A DNA stretch of 64,000 bases, from assembly GCA_035285025.1 (NCBI GenBank), contig JAYKHY010000039.1, positions 21,018 through 85,017 of the forward strand, read 5' to 3'. Within the stretch, counting starts at the first letter, position 1, and each line of letters starts with the position of its first letter. This document shows, in pieces, positions 50,419 to 60,104 of the stretch. Both the position numbers and the translations under genes were made by a program. The stretch is from Vampirovibrionales bacterium. Lineage in GTDB: Bacteria; Cyanobacteriota; Vampirovibrionia; Vampirovibrionales; JAJTHC01. The notes beneath the pieces were generated by a model, which was not told the DNA's origin, did no database searches, and saw nothing but the letters and a program-made list of their open reading frames with translations.

Positions 50419-50719
50419 AATGCAATTACACTACTGCGATTAATACTTTAAACACCTGTAGTTTAGCATAACTCTTGCAGCCACAACCCAGAGGATTCAA
50501 CAAGCGCGCATGGATGCGCACCGAATTTTTTACGCTATTCCTCCCCAAAACATCGACATGTTTTATGCCAACACGTTAACTGGTGTTGCGTCTCAGTCGA
50601 TATTTACAGGTATTAAGTGTTTATTTAAGAAATGCAGCAACCGCGCAATGAAGTTACAGGCCAGATTGCCCAGAAGAGGGCGAGACGGGGCAGCCAAAAG
50701 CCATGCAAAGCGCAGGTAA

Positions 50720-50760
50720 AATGCCTGACTTCAGGTCCTGACTTCAGGTCCTGACTTCAG
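50720..50760. repeat. Tandem repeat, 13-bp unit CCTGACTTCAGGT in three copies
   Basis: Read directly: cctgacttcaggt cctgacttcaggt cctgacttcaggg. It sits about 100 bp upstream of the cysteine desulfurase start. Confidence 0.6.
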
Positions 50761-50857
50761 GGCCCGGCATCATACGGCAACACGCCACTAACAGCCCCAA
50801 TACCTCAATCGTAAACTGCTGATAAGCATTGCTCCAGATTCGCGCTACGATAAACCC

Positions 50858-52087
50858 ATGGGCATATACCTAGACCACGCAGCAACAACCCCCATGGCGC
50901 CAGAAGTTCTGGCGGCGATGACGCCATATTTAACGCAAGACGCCTTTGCAAACCCCAACAGTTTGCATAGCAGTGGCGTGCGCGCAAAACAGGGGTTGAT
51001 TGAGGCCCAGAAAACCGTGGCCGAATGCCTGAATACCACACCCGAGACGCTCATTTGGACCAGCGGCGGCACAGAAAGTAACAATCTGGCGTTATTTGGC
51101 GTGGCCGAAACGCTTGCGACCGCCTTTCAACGCGAATGCGCAGCCGAAACGCCCGGTACACTCATTACCAGCCCAACAGAACATAGCGCCGTGCTGGCAC
51201 CAGCAAAAGTGTTATCGCAACAATACGGTTGGGCGCTGCATTACGTTAAACTCGATTCCGAGGGCTTAATCAATCTGGATCATCTGGCGCAATTGCTGGC
51301 CAATGCGCCCGAAAACGCACCAATATTGGTGAGCCTGATGCACGGTAATAACGAAGCCGGCACGTTGCAACCCCTTGCGGCCATTGGCGAGCTTTGCCGC
51401 CGTTACCGCGCAAAATTCCATACCGATGCCGTGCAAACACTCGGTAAGCTGCCACTGGATTTATCCACGTTGCAAATCGATTATTTATCAGGCTCGGGGC
51501 ATAAATTATACGGGCCTAAAGGCATTGGACTGCTTTGGGTGCACCCCGAGGCCCCCAAGCCGTCGCCGCTGCTTTTTGGTGGAGATCAGCAAGGTGGGCT
51601 GCGGCCTGGCACCATTAACGTCGCGGGCTGCGTTGGGTTTGCCCAGGCCCTTACGCTTTACCGCCAGACGATGCAGGCCGAAACAAACCGGCTACAAAGC
51701 CTGCAGCAATATTTGCTAGACGCACTTTCCAACGCTTTTGGAGCAGGCTTTAATCTGAATATGCACACGGAACAGGCGCAAACGCCCGCCATTTGGCTGA
51801 ACGGCCCAGCCGATGTGCGCGCCCGGATTCCGGGGAATATTCATTTAAGTTACAGCAAGCCGCTGGCGGCAGAAGCGTTACTACTGAGGCTGGATTTGGC
51901 AGGCTTTTACGTTTCGAGCGGTTCGGCGTGTCATAGCGGCCGCATAGAGCCATCGCACGTGATACGCGCAATGTTTCCAGACAATCTGGCGCGCGCAGCG
52001 CAAACCGTGCGGATTACCATGGGCCGCAGCACCACAGCAGCTGATCTTGACGCCTTTGTGCAAGCCTTTAAACAGATTCTGGATTAA
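50858..52087 (+). CDS. Cysteine desulfurase (IscS/NifS family, class V aminotransferase)
   Basis: 409 aa. PLP-lysine block SGSGHKLYGPKGIGLL and active-site Cys loop SSGSACHSG. Confidence 0.85.
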   Translation: MGIYLDHAATTPMAPEVLAAMTPYLTQDAFANPNSLHSSGVRAKQGLIEAQKTVAECLNTTPETLIWTSGGTESNNLALFGVAETLATAFQRECAAETPGTLITSPTEHSAVLAPAKVLSQQYGWALHYVKLDSEGLINLDHLAQLLANAPENAPILVSLMHGNNEAGTLQPLAAIGELCRRYRAKFHTDAVQTLGKLPLDLSTLQIDYLSGSGHKLYGPKGIGLLWVHPEAPKPSPLLFGGDQQGGLRPGTINVAGCVGFAQALTLYRQTMQAETNRLQSLQQYLLDALSNAFGAGFNLNMHTEQAQTPAIWLNGPADVRARIPGNIHLSYSKPLAAEALLLRLDLAGFYVSSGSACHSGRIEPSHVIRAMFPDNLARAAQTVRITMGRSTTAADLDAFVQAFKQILD

Positions 52088-52263
52088 ATTACTCGAATTG
52101 CATGGCCTTACCCCGCGATGATGTGTTTTATCGAGTTTCCTGGCGTTTTCTGGGGTTTTCTCTCGCCTCGTGAACGTTCTTGCAGTACACAGGCAAGACG
52201 TATCCCAAAAAAGTGTTTTGATTTACTTTTGCCGATCTATCAATCTGGTTTAGATAGACTTCA

Positions 52264-52300
52264 AAGCCCCTTAATCGCTTCTTAAGGGGCTTCGTTTTTT
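52264..52300 (+). terminator. Rho-independent terminator (AAGCCCCTTA-loop-TAAGGGGCTT followed by CGTTTTTT)
   Basis: 10-bp stem and a T6 run. It overlaps the stop codon of the convergent minus-strand membrane-protein ORF, so it may act bidirectionally. Confidence 0.55.
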
Positions 52301-52674
52301 GCGTCTTGATCGGGCGTGGCATCAGGAGAGGTTTCTGACGTTTCGGCGGCGGCGCTACGTTTTTTACTGGGCAGTTGTGGCAAAGCCTGATTGTCGGGCG
52401 CCATGTTGCTTGCACCCGCAGCTTGGCTTGCAAGAGGAACCGTCGGCCGTACCAAAGGCGCTTTACGCCGGGCAGGTTTGGGGTGCGTTAAAATCATGCC
52501 GATTAAACGGCCAATCAGGCCCATAATCAGAGCGGCCCCCACGCCAATCGCCAGCGATTTTAGCAGGTCGTAGTGCATGGTGGGGTCTAGCGCCTGAGTA
52601 AAAAACGGCGGTAACACCACCGCCATAAATGCGGCGCTGGCAAACCCGAGCGATAATTTTCCTGCAAGCTTCAT
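52282..52674 (-). CDS. Hypothetical small membrane protein
   Basis: Two predicted TM helices and a Pro/Ala/Ser-rich C-terminal tail. The start is taken at MKLAGK (52674). Confidence 0.35.
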   Translation of the reverse strand: MKLAGKLSLGFASAAFMAVVLPPFFTQALDPTMHYDLLKSLAIGVGAALIMGLIGRLIGMILTHPKPARRKAPLVRPTVPLASQAAGASNMAPDNQALPQLPSKKRSAAAETSETSPDATPDQDAKNEAP

Positions 52675-52821
52675 GCCAATTCCAATAACACAATTCCAAA
52701 AAGCATTTGAGCGCAAATAGCAAACACCGTTTAGACCCGAAGGCTAGCGCGTCAAAACAATCCATTCAACGCCCTATTATTCTCTGCGCGCCTGACAGCG
52801 CATAAACGTTTGCTTATTATA

Positions 52822-52968
52822 GCAAATCAACTTTAGGTTAAAACAGAATGCTTGTTTAGGTGGTGGGTATAGGTGATGGGTCAATTTGGCAGGCATAACA
52901 GCCTGAACTGAGGACTGAAGCGAGAACCGTTCCCGTGCACATTATCCCTGAAGCAAACTGACTTATTA
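52822..52968. mobile_element. Composite repeat: a family-1 TIR fragment (GCAAATCAACTTTAGGTTA) joined to a family-2 MITE-like copy D
   Basis: 52822-52840 matches the family-1 TIR. 52873-52889 GGTGATGGGTCAATTTGG and 52953-52968 GCAAACTGACTTATTA are family-2 TIR-like. The internal motif CTGAAGCGAGAACCGTTCCC is shared with copy B. Confidence 0.45.
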
Positions 52969-53004
52969 TCTTTTTTTTACTGGCTAAAGTGATTGATTCG
53001 CTTG

Positions 53005-54168
53005 CTAAGTTTGTTCAAAAGGCGAGCGCGGCTGTTTCTGTAAATCCGCGATAATGGCATGATTTGCCTTGGGGAAGGCGTAATCGGCAAGCTCGGCAAC
53101 CGTGACCCACTTAAGTTGCTGTGCCGCGTGCGGCTGGGGCTCGTCCGAACTGTACTTGCAATAAAGGCAATGGTAGGCGTGCAGGGTAATTTTAAAATGC
53201 GTAAACGCGTGCTTCACCACCCGGATTTTTTCGCCAATTAGCGGCGCAATGCCCAGCTCTTCGTGCAATTCTCGGGCGAGGGCTTGTTCCAAGGTTTCAT
53301 CGGGGTGCTGCTTACCGCCGGGAAACTCCCATAAGCCTGCGAGTAAACCTTTTTCGGGGCGCTGCTGAATCAGAATCCGGTGGTCAGCATCCCAGATGAC
53401 GCCGGCTGCGATAGCGTAATGCGGCACCGCTGGCTTTTTAACCGAGTAAGGGCACTCTTGCTGCGTGCCGCGTTGCCGCGAGAGACACGATTGCGCAACG
53501 GGACACACCAGACAGCGCGGCTGCTTGGGCAGGCATACCGTTGCGCCAAGCTCCATAAGCGCCTGATTAAGCGCGTTGGGGTCTTTCGCGGCGGAAACTA
53601 CCGCCTGAGACGTTGCCCAGAGGCGGGCTTCGGTTTGGGCGGGTGGGCGAGGGTCATCCAGCCAGCGAGACAGCACGCGTTTTACGTTACCATCCAGGAT
53701 GGGCGCGCGAAGCCCCAGCGTAAAACACGCGATTGCGCCAGCGGTGCTTTTGCCCACGCCGGGCAGGGCGTGCCAGCCTTCGACGGAGTCCGGGAAGGCG
53801 CCGCTTTGGGCAATTATGGTTGCGGCTTTATGCAAATTACGCGCGCGACTGTAATAGCCGAGGCCCTCCCAGTGTTTTAAAACTTCATCGAGCGGCGCGG
53901 CGGCAAGCACTTGCACAGACGGGAAGCGTTGCAAAAAACGATGATAAAACGGCAGCACGGTATTCACCTGCGTTTGCTGGAGCATAACCTCGGAGAGCCA
54001 AATGCGGTAAGGATCGTGAATGCCGCGCCAGGGTAAATCTCGGGCGACGGTGTAGTACCACGCAGTTAAATGCTCGGCGAACCAGGCGGCATCCAGGTCA
54101 TCAAGCGTTTCTGCCTGATTTTGAGTGAACTGCTCAGCATCCGAATTTTGTTGAATCATGGCATCCAT
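53005..54168 (-). CDS. mutY: A/G-specific adenine DNA glycosylase MutY with C-terminal NUDIX-like domain
   Basis: Start at MDAMIQQ (54168). HhH-GPD block LPGVGKSTAGAI, 4Fe-4S cluster loop CxxxxxxCxxCxxxxxC (CLPKQPRCLVCPVAQSC) and the C-terminal MutT-like GLWEFPGGK. Confidence 0.8.
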   Translation of the reverse strand: MDAMIQQNSDAEQFTQNQAETLDDLDAAWFAEHLTAWYYTVARDLPWRGIHDPYRIWLSEVMLQQTQVNTVLPFYHRFLQRFPSVQVLAAAPLDEVLKHWEGLGYYSRARNLHKAATIIAQSGAFPDSVEGWHALPGVGKSTAGAIACFTLGLRAPILDGNVKRVLSRWLDDPRPPAQTEARLWATSQAVVSAAKDPNALNQALMELGATVCLPKQPRCLVCPVAQSCLSRQRGTQQECPYSVKKPAVPHYAIAAGVIWDADHRILIQQRPEKGLLAGLWEFPGGKQHPDETLEQALARELHEELGIAPLIGEKIRVVKHAFTHFKITLHAYHCLYCKYSSDEPQPHAAQQLKWVTVAELADYAFPKANHAIIADLQKQPRSPFEQT

Positions 54169-54595
54169 CAAGGCAAGCAATCTTGTCCGCAGGTTTTTAA
54201 AAGGGCAAAAAAACAAAAAACGCGGACAGTAAAATCGTGTTTATGCTTCGCCTATGCTAACGCATCACGGCGGCGGACTAAAGCATTTGAGCAAGTTAAT
54301 TTTTTTTGTGATTTCTAGTTTTAAAGATGCTCGAGCGCAGCAACGGCCCTCGCTTCAAGTGAATTAATCATTTAAAGCGAGCACGCTTAGGCGTTTTACG
54401 GTGATTTTTGGGAGCAATTATTCCGTGACTTACAGCATGCCAAATTTTTGTCAGGCAGAGCAAACAGTTCAGAGCCCTTAGGGTAAGATGTAGATACAAA
54501 ATTACTTTTATTGCCTATAAAGCCTGTTCAAACGTTTAATTCAAACGTGCGTTGGCTCTGGTGCAAGCGCGATATGGATTTGCTATAACCCTATT

Positions 54596-54952
54596 ATGTT
54601 TGAAGTCATGATCGAAGGGCACTTTTGTGCCGCCCGCCATTTGCTAAACTATCAGGGCCCTTGCGCGCAAATCCACGGGCATAATTTTAAGGTGCAGGCA
54701 TACGCGCAAACCCGCACGCTTGATGCCGCCAACGTGGCCATTGATTTTAACGTGATGCAGGCGGCGCTCAACAAGCTTTTACAACACCTGGATCATCAGG
54801 ATTTAAACGCGCTCGAGGCGTTTAAAGGCGTGAGCCCCAGCACCGAATTTTTATGCCAATGGCTTTTTGAGGCGCTGTTGCCCAGCGTGCCGCAACTCAG
54901 CAAAATCACCATTTGGGACATGCCGGGCAGTTGCGTAAGCTACTGGCCCTAG
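54596..54952 (+). CDS. queD: 6-carboxy-5,6,7,8-tetrahydropterin synthase (6-pyruvoyl-tetrahydropterin synthase fold)
   Basis: 118 aa with the QueD/PTPS zinc motif CAQIHGHNF (CxxxHGH). Confidence 0.75.
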   Translation: MFEVMIEGHFCAARHLLNYQGPCAQIHGHNFKVQAYAQTRTLDAANVAIDFNVMQAALNKLLQHLDHQDLNALEAFKGVSPSTEFLCQWLFEALLPSVPQLSKITIWDMPGSCVSYWP

Positions 54953-54991
54953 CTCGCCTTGGCATATTATAAAACACGCAGCGCAAGCGTG

Positions 54992-55618
54992 TTAAAAACC
55001 AACTTGGCGTCGGCCTTCCAGGGCGCGTGCCAGCGTCAGGCTATCGGCGTACTCCAGCTCGCCGCCCACGGGTAAGCCAAACGCGATTCGGGACAGTTTA
55101 ATGGGCAGTGGCTCCAGCAAACGGCTCAAGTATAGGCTGGTGGTATCACCCTCGACGGAAGGCGCGAGCGCCAGAATCAGCTCCTGAACATCTGGGGCGT
55201 GCTTGAGTCGGCCCAGTAAAGCTTCGATGCTCAAGGATTCGGGGCCTATGCCATCGAGCGGCGAAATCAGTCCGCCCAACACGTGATAACGGCCTTTAAA
55301 ATGCCCGGCGCGCTCAAGCGCAAACACGTCGCTACTTTCGGGGACGATACAAATAATGCTGTTTTGGCGCGCGTCATCGCGGCATAAGGCACACGGTTGC
55401 GCATCGGCCAGGCAGCCGCATACCCCGCAAGGCTGGATAACCCGCTTGGCCTGCACCAGCGCATCGGCGAGCAGGTGACTATAAGCTTCGGGTTGTTTAA
55501 GCGTGTGTAACGCTAACCGCATGGCAGATTTTGGCCCCACGCCGGGCAGCTTCTGGAAGGCTTCGATAAGCGCGGCGAGCGCTTGCGGTATCACCGTCGT
55601 GTTGGCCAACATGGTCAT
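54992..55618 (-). CDS. recR: Recombination protein RecR
   Basis: HhH motif LPGVGPKSAMRLALH, C4 zinc finger CGVCGCLADAQPCALC and a Toprim domain. Confidence 0.85.
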   Translation of the reverse strand: MTMLANTTVIPQALAALIEAFQKLPGVGPKSAMRLALHTLKQPEAYSHLLADALVQAKRVIQPCGVCGCLADAQPCALCRDDARQNSIICIVPESSDVFALERAGHFKGRYHVLGGLISPLDGIGPESLSIEALLGRLKHAPDVQELILALAPSVEGDTTSLYLSRLLEPLPIKLSRIAFGLPVGGELEYADSLTLARALEGRRQVGF

Positions 55619-55875
55619 AAGATGACGCTCATATTGATTGCATGACGTCGCGAGTTAAACATCATGTAGCAACCCTTTTTACTGCATATCCTCATCGCCG
55701 GCGTTATGGCAACTTGTGCAAATTAACTTTTTTTTGAATGAGCCGTTTTGAGCGGCATTTTTTAGCCAGAGGCGACGTTTTTATTCAAAAGTTTATCATT
55801 TGCAAATTAGTACGAGTTTATATTGCCGTTTAACGCCAAGCATTAGCGTATCAAAAAGAGAATAATTTTGCTTAA

Positions 55876-56973
55876 ATGGCGGGTATGCGCCTTAAATCCT
55901 GGGTACACCTGCAGCATTACACCGTGCCAACACTCGGCTGGATGGCCTTGACCGCCGTACCGACGCTGTTTTACCAGCTTGCTGTTTTACTGCGCAACGC
56001 AGCGTATCAGTCTGGGCAAATTAAGCGTATAACTGCCCCTTGCCCGGTGATTAGCATTGGCAACCTGACCACTGGCGGCACGGGTAAAACGCCGGTAACG
56101 CTAGCAATAGCTAAAGCGCTACACACTAAAGGGTTAAGCTCTATAATTTTAAGCCGCGGGTATGGCGCTAAAACACCGCTTGCCTATGGCGAACCCGAAG
56201 GCGCGCACCACGGCGACGAGGCCTACGAGCTTAAACTGGCGCTTGCGCAAACCAAGGCCCGCGTAATTGTTGGCCAGCAGCGGGCTAAAAACGCCTTAGC
56301 CGCCTGCAAGCAATACGCCCCCGATGTGGTGTTACTGGACGACGGCCTGCAATATTGTAAGCTGGCAGGGGAACCCCGGCACGATATTGTGCTGATTGAT
56401 GGCGAATACGGCCTGGGCAATTACAAGCAGCTCCCCATGGGCCCGCTTAGAGAATCTGCACAAGCTGCGCTGGCCAGGGCCTCGGTGATTTTAGTGACTC
56501 GTGTCAATTCGGATGCCGCCGCGCGCTTAAAGCTGGAGGCGCTTGGGTTAAACGTTCCCGCTAACCGGCCCTTGGCCGTGCATGCCTGCCCGATTGTAGC
56601 GGTTAATCTTACGCATATACTCTCGGATGAACGACAACCCTTGCAATGGCTGCAACACCAGCCGATTATGGCGTTTTGCGGCATTGCCCAACCCGAGCGG
56701 TTTATGATTAGCCTGATTGCCCAGCAAGCCGTTTTGAATCAGCAAAAGATTGTCCCGGATCATCATGTGCTGACGCCCGAAGACTGGCACAAACTGATGC
56801 AATCGCGTCAATCCCTGCCCGTCATTACCACGCAAAAGGACGCCGTTAAACTGCAACAAATGGCGCAAAACAACCCCAAAATGCGCAAAACACTAGACGA
56901 TGTTTGGGTGCTGAACATTGAGGCGCAACTACCCGAGGGCGTGTTAGACCCTTTGCTAGGAACGACTCATTAA
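55876..56973 (+). CDS. lpxK: Tetraacyldisaccharide 4'-kinase
   Basis: 365 aa. The N-terminal membrane helix is followed by the LpxK P-loop ISIGNLTTGGTGKTP. Confidence 0.8.
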   Translation: MAGMRLKSWVHLQHYTVPTLGWMALTAVPTLFYQLAVLLRNAAYQSGQIKRITAPCPVISIGNLTTGGTGKTPVTLAIAKALHTKGLSSIILSRGYGAKTPLAYGEPEGAHHGDEAYELKLALAQTKARVIVGQQRAKNALAACKQYAPDVVLLDDGLQYCKLAGEPRHDIVLIDGEYGLGNYKQLPMGPLRESAQAALARASVILVTRVNSDAAARLKLEALGLNVPANRPLAVHACPIVAVNLTHILSDERQPLQWLQHQPIMAFCGIAQPERFMISLIAQQAVLNQQKIVPDHHVLTPEDWHKLMQSRQSLPVITTQKDAVKLQQMAQNNPKMRKTLDDVWVLNIEAQLPEGVLDPLLGTTH

Positions 56974-56975
56974 AC

Positions 56976-57686
56976 TTAAACCACCGTAAGCGCGCGTACT
57001 ACACCGCCAAGGACGCCGTTAATGAATTTAGGGCTTTCGGGGGTGGCGTAAAGCTTGGCCAGCTCCAGGGTTTCGTTTATCGTAACAGCGGCATCTACGT
57101 CTGCTATGTATAGGATTTCGGCCAACGCTAACCGGAGCAAGGTTTTATCCATCGCCAGTATCCGGTCCAGGCGCCAATCCTGGCTAAAAGCTGTAATTTT
57201 TTCGTCTAGCGCGTCCTGATTTTTAATAGCAAGCTGCACAAGTTTTAACGCATACTGCTGAACATCTTCGTGGGCGGCGTGCATCGCCAACTCAGGCATG
57301 GCCAACGCATGCCCAAGTTGATTTAGCGCGTTCAGGCAAGCATCCAGGTCTGCGATAAACGCATCGGTTTTAGGCATGGGCACGGGCACAAGTGCCGCAT
57401 CAACCGGCGTGTGGGTGTTTGCCGGATCGTTCATCTGATGCTCTAGTGCCATCTCGCGCAGCTTAACAAATTGCGCCGCCGTCGTCTCGAGTGAATCTTC
57501 GGCGGATTGACTCAAGGAGCGCACGGCATCGAGCATCAGGCGTTGCAGCTCTGGCGCGGGCGGTAATTGGCAGGCGGCGGCTTCAGAAGATTCTGAGGCA
57601 TCTGCGCCAGCCTGGATTTTAAAAACCTGCTCGGCCTGAAACAGCGTTAATAACGCCAATTCGCGCGCAGCACGTCGTGCTTGCAT
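56976..57686 (-). CDS. nusB: Transcription antitermination factor NusB, extended form with an insertion of about 90 aa
   Basis: N-terminal RRAARELALLTLFQ. The C-terminal block DRILAMDKTLLRLALAEILY...INETLELAKLYATPESPKFINGVLG matches NusB. A middle Ala/acidic-rich segment has no counterpart in the 140-aa enterobacterial NusB. Confidence 0.7.
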   Translation of the reverse strand: MQARRAARELALLTLFQAEQVFKIQAGADASESSEAAACQLPPAPELQRLMLDAVRSLSQSAEDSLETTAAQFVKLREMALEHQMNDPANTHTPVDAALVPVPMPKTDAFIADLDACLNALNQLGHALAMPELAMHAAHEDVQQYALKLVQLAIKNQDALDEKITAFSQDWRLDRILAMDKTLLRLALAEILYIADVDAAVTINETLELAKLYATPESPKFINGVLGGVVRALTVV

Positions 57687-57701
57687 AAGTTCGTGCCTAT
57701 C

Positions 57702-57956
57702 TTAAGCCTTTTGACCTGCTTCGACCGCTTTTTGCGTTTTTAAGGCTTTGGATTTTTCGAACTTTTTCATGAATTTTTCGACACGGCCTTCGGCATCGAC
57801 GTAGGTTGTACCGCTTGAGCCCAAGAAGGCCGCGTGGCACTTGTTGCAAATGCTAACATCCAAGCTGGGCAACACCGAGCCCGTCTCGATGACGTTTCCG
57901 CACTTGCTGCAGGTAATGCTGAGCTTGTAATACTCTGGATGAATCTCGGCTTGCAT
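57702..57956 (-). CDS. rpmE: 50S ribosomal protein L31
   Basis: 84 aa. Contains MQAEIHPEYY...CSKCGNV...STTYVDAE...CNKCHAAFLG, a type A L31 with the C4 Zn ribbon. Confidence 0.85.
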   Translation of the reverse strand: MQAEIHPEYYKLSITCSKCGNVIETGSVLPSLDVSICNKCHAAFLGSSGTTYVDAEGRVEKFMKKFEKSKALKTQKAVEAGQKA

Positions 57957-58159
57957 AATAAAAACTTTCAGAACGTAAAAAAACGAACGGCAATCAGTAC
58001 GCTATTGCACTGGCTGTAACATACTATACCGCGCAAACCAGTTCTTCAAGTCTCTCAATCGCCCGGCCAAGGCGCTGGGCCTATTAAGGTAAGGGATTCC
58101 ATTGTTTGTCGCCAACCCCGCGAATTTTAATATGCATGCGACCTTATGCTGTTGGCTGG

Positions 58160-59809
58160 CTAGCCCAATGCGGTTTCGATGCGGTTGCGGCCTTTTTTCT
58201 TGGCCATATAAAGGGCATCGCTTGCGCGTGAGAGCAAATCAGAGGCGGTTTCTTCGCCGTGACGAAGCGTCGCTAGCCCTAAGCTAATCGTGGCCTGGAT
58301 TTTATGCTCCTTCCAGAGCAGCGGGTTGCGCTCTACAGCCTGGCGCAGGCGCTCGCAACCGATTCTGGCGTTATCGAGGTCGGTTTCGGGCATCAACGCT
58401 ACAATTTCTTTACCGCTAAAACGCGCAATAACGTCGACGTTACGGAAGTTCTCGATGGCAAACTGCGCGGTCTGGCGCAAAATCTCGTCGCCCAGCAAGT
58501 AGCCGTGGTTATCGTTGTACGATTTAAGCTCATCAACGTTAATCAGCACCAGCGACATGGGTACTTTGTAGCGTTGCGCCCGGATGAATTCTTTTTCGAG
58601 CATGGCCATAAAGTAACGGTAGTTATAGAGGCCCGTCAACGGATCGGACAGGAAGTACGTTTCGGCCTGACACGCCAGGTGGCGTTGATTCATGAGCCGC
58701 TGGAGCTCTTGCTCGATGAGCTTAATCGGGAAGATGTGCTCGTAGTGGATTTCGCTGCGCGAAAACAGCGCCAGGCCACCAATTAGCTCGTTATTATGAT
58801 AAAAGGGCCTTAAATACGTCGAGGCAAAATCGCTTTTTTCGGCAAACCGCAATTCTCCGTTGGCCGACGAGATTCCCGCTGGCTGAATTTGGCCAATTAC
58901 TTCTGGAGGAACCAGTTCCGAAAGCTCGCTTTGCGTAGGCATTGAGGGATTAAGCGGCCGGACGTTGGTGTGTTCTATATTCTCGAACATGTAGTGCTGA
59001 AGCTGGCTTAAAGTCGCCTGAGTAATAGGCGGCTCCTGACTGGGTTTAACTTTGGACGAAAATCCGTACGGTAAAATATCTTCTGGTTTTGAAATGTGAA
59101 ACGTAACCTGTTGCGGCATCCGGCGCGGGGCTTTAAAGTAAATCGCCGCGGCGTCGTACGTAATCACGCTTTCGAGCAGGCTAAACAATAAATGATTGAG
59201 CAGACTAATATCCTGCGTTAAATCGGACAACGCCCGAAACTCGTTCATCAAGGTCGATTCCATGAGGGCTTTATCGAGCATTTGCTTAAAGCGCAACTGC
59301 ATGGCCGATTCTAAATTGGCGGGGTTAATTTTGGGCGATAACGGCAGCGATTCTCTGAGCGTGTGATCAAAGAGCTCGAGCACGGTTTTAACTTCGGTCA
59401 AGGCAACCTGCACGCCCGCGGATTTATCGATAAATCCGTCGTTGCCAGACTTGAAGCCCCAGAAGCGGTTAATATTCTCGTCAAATTCCGAAATCAGCAA
59501 AAACGGAATCCCGCTCACCAGCGGATCGTTTTTAAGAATGCGGCACAACTGATAGCCGTTTAAATCAGGCAATTGCAGATCGCCCAGAATCATTACGGGA
59601 AAATGCTGAAACACCATCGGCATGGCCTCTTCGGCCGATTTTGCCGTAAGCACTTCAAAGCCGGCTTTCGTAAACACCTGACGGTAGTCTTGACGAAGCA
59701 ACTCGTCTGACGTAATCAGCAGCAACTTTTGGTTTGGCAGCTTAGAATCTCGCATCCACAACTCCGCGGGCTTGCCTTGTTGGTCGGGCGTCTGTTTTGC
59801 CAAAGACAT
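58160..59809 (-). CDS. Response regulator receiver domain fused to a GGDEF-fold domain with a degenerate active-site motif
   Basis: REC domain with acceptor Asp in VMILGDLQLPDLNG. The C-terminal GGDEF fold (DPLTGLYNYRYF...LVLINVDELKSYNDNHGYLLGDEIL) has SGKEI in place of GG(D/E)EF. Confidence 0.7.
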   Translation of the reverse strand: MSLAKQTPDQQGKPAELWMRDSKLPNQKLLLITSDELLRQDYRQVFTKAGFEVLTAKSAEEAMPMVFQHFPVMILGDLQLPDLNGYQLCRILKNDPLVSGIPFLLISEFDENINRFWGFKSGNDGFIDKSAGVQVALTEVKTVLELFDHTLRESLPLSPKINPANLESAMQLRFKQMLDKALMESTLMNEFRALSDLTQDISLLNHLLFSLLESVITYDAAAIYFKAPRRMPQQVTFHISKPEDILPYGFSSKVKPSQEPPITQATLSQLQHYMFENIEHTNVRPLNPSMPTQSELSELVPPEVIGQIQPAGISSANGELRFAEKSDFASTYLRPFYHNNELIGGLALFSRSEIHYEHIFPIKLIEQELQRLMNQRHLACQAETYFLSDPLTGLYNYRYFMAMLEKEFIRAQRYKVPMSLVLINVDELKSYNDNHGYLLGDEILRQTAQFAIENFRNVDVIARFSGKEIVALMPETDLDNARIGCERLRQAVERNPLLWKEHKIQATISLGLATLRHGEETASDLLSRASDALYMAKKKGRNRIETALG

Positions 59810-60104
59810 GGTTATAAACTCTTATAAAGTAGGTTTCAAAGCATGTGTTGCTATTGATTTAAGAGGTAATGACGGGTAAAAACGAGCCAGTTTAGGCTGT
59901 TTTTTAAGTACTGCGACTAGTTAACGTACCAGACGAGACCTAAAATTACTTCGTCAAGACTTATTGGGGAGATATTATGAATTGGGTGGGGAATTTTTAT
60001 GCCGCAACCCAGCACAAAATTTAGGGCGCTATACCCATCTATCGGTATATTTAAGCAAACATTAAGACCTTAACTTATAGCGCCTGCAAAAAAGCTGTAG
60101 AAAG

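Noticed and set aside
54217-54595. preQ1 riboswitch upstream of queD
   Set aside because: The short preQ1-I aptamer consensus (5-bp stem, loop of about 12 nt, A-rich tail with a CUAnnAGG-like core) was not recognisable. Only a partial MITE fragment (ACGGCCCTCGCTTCA) is present there.
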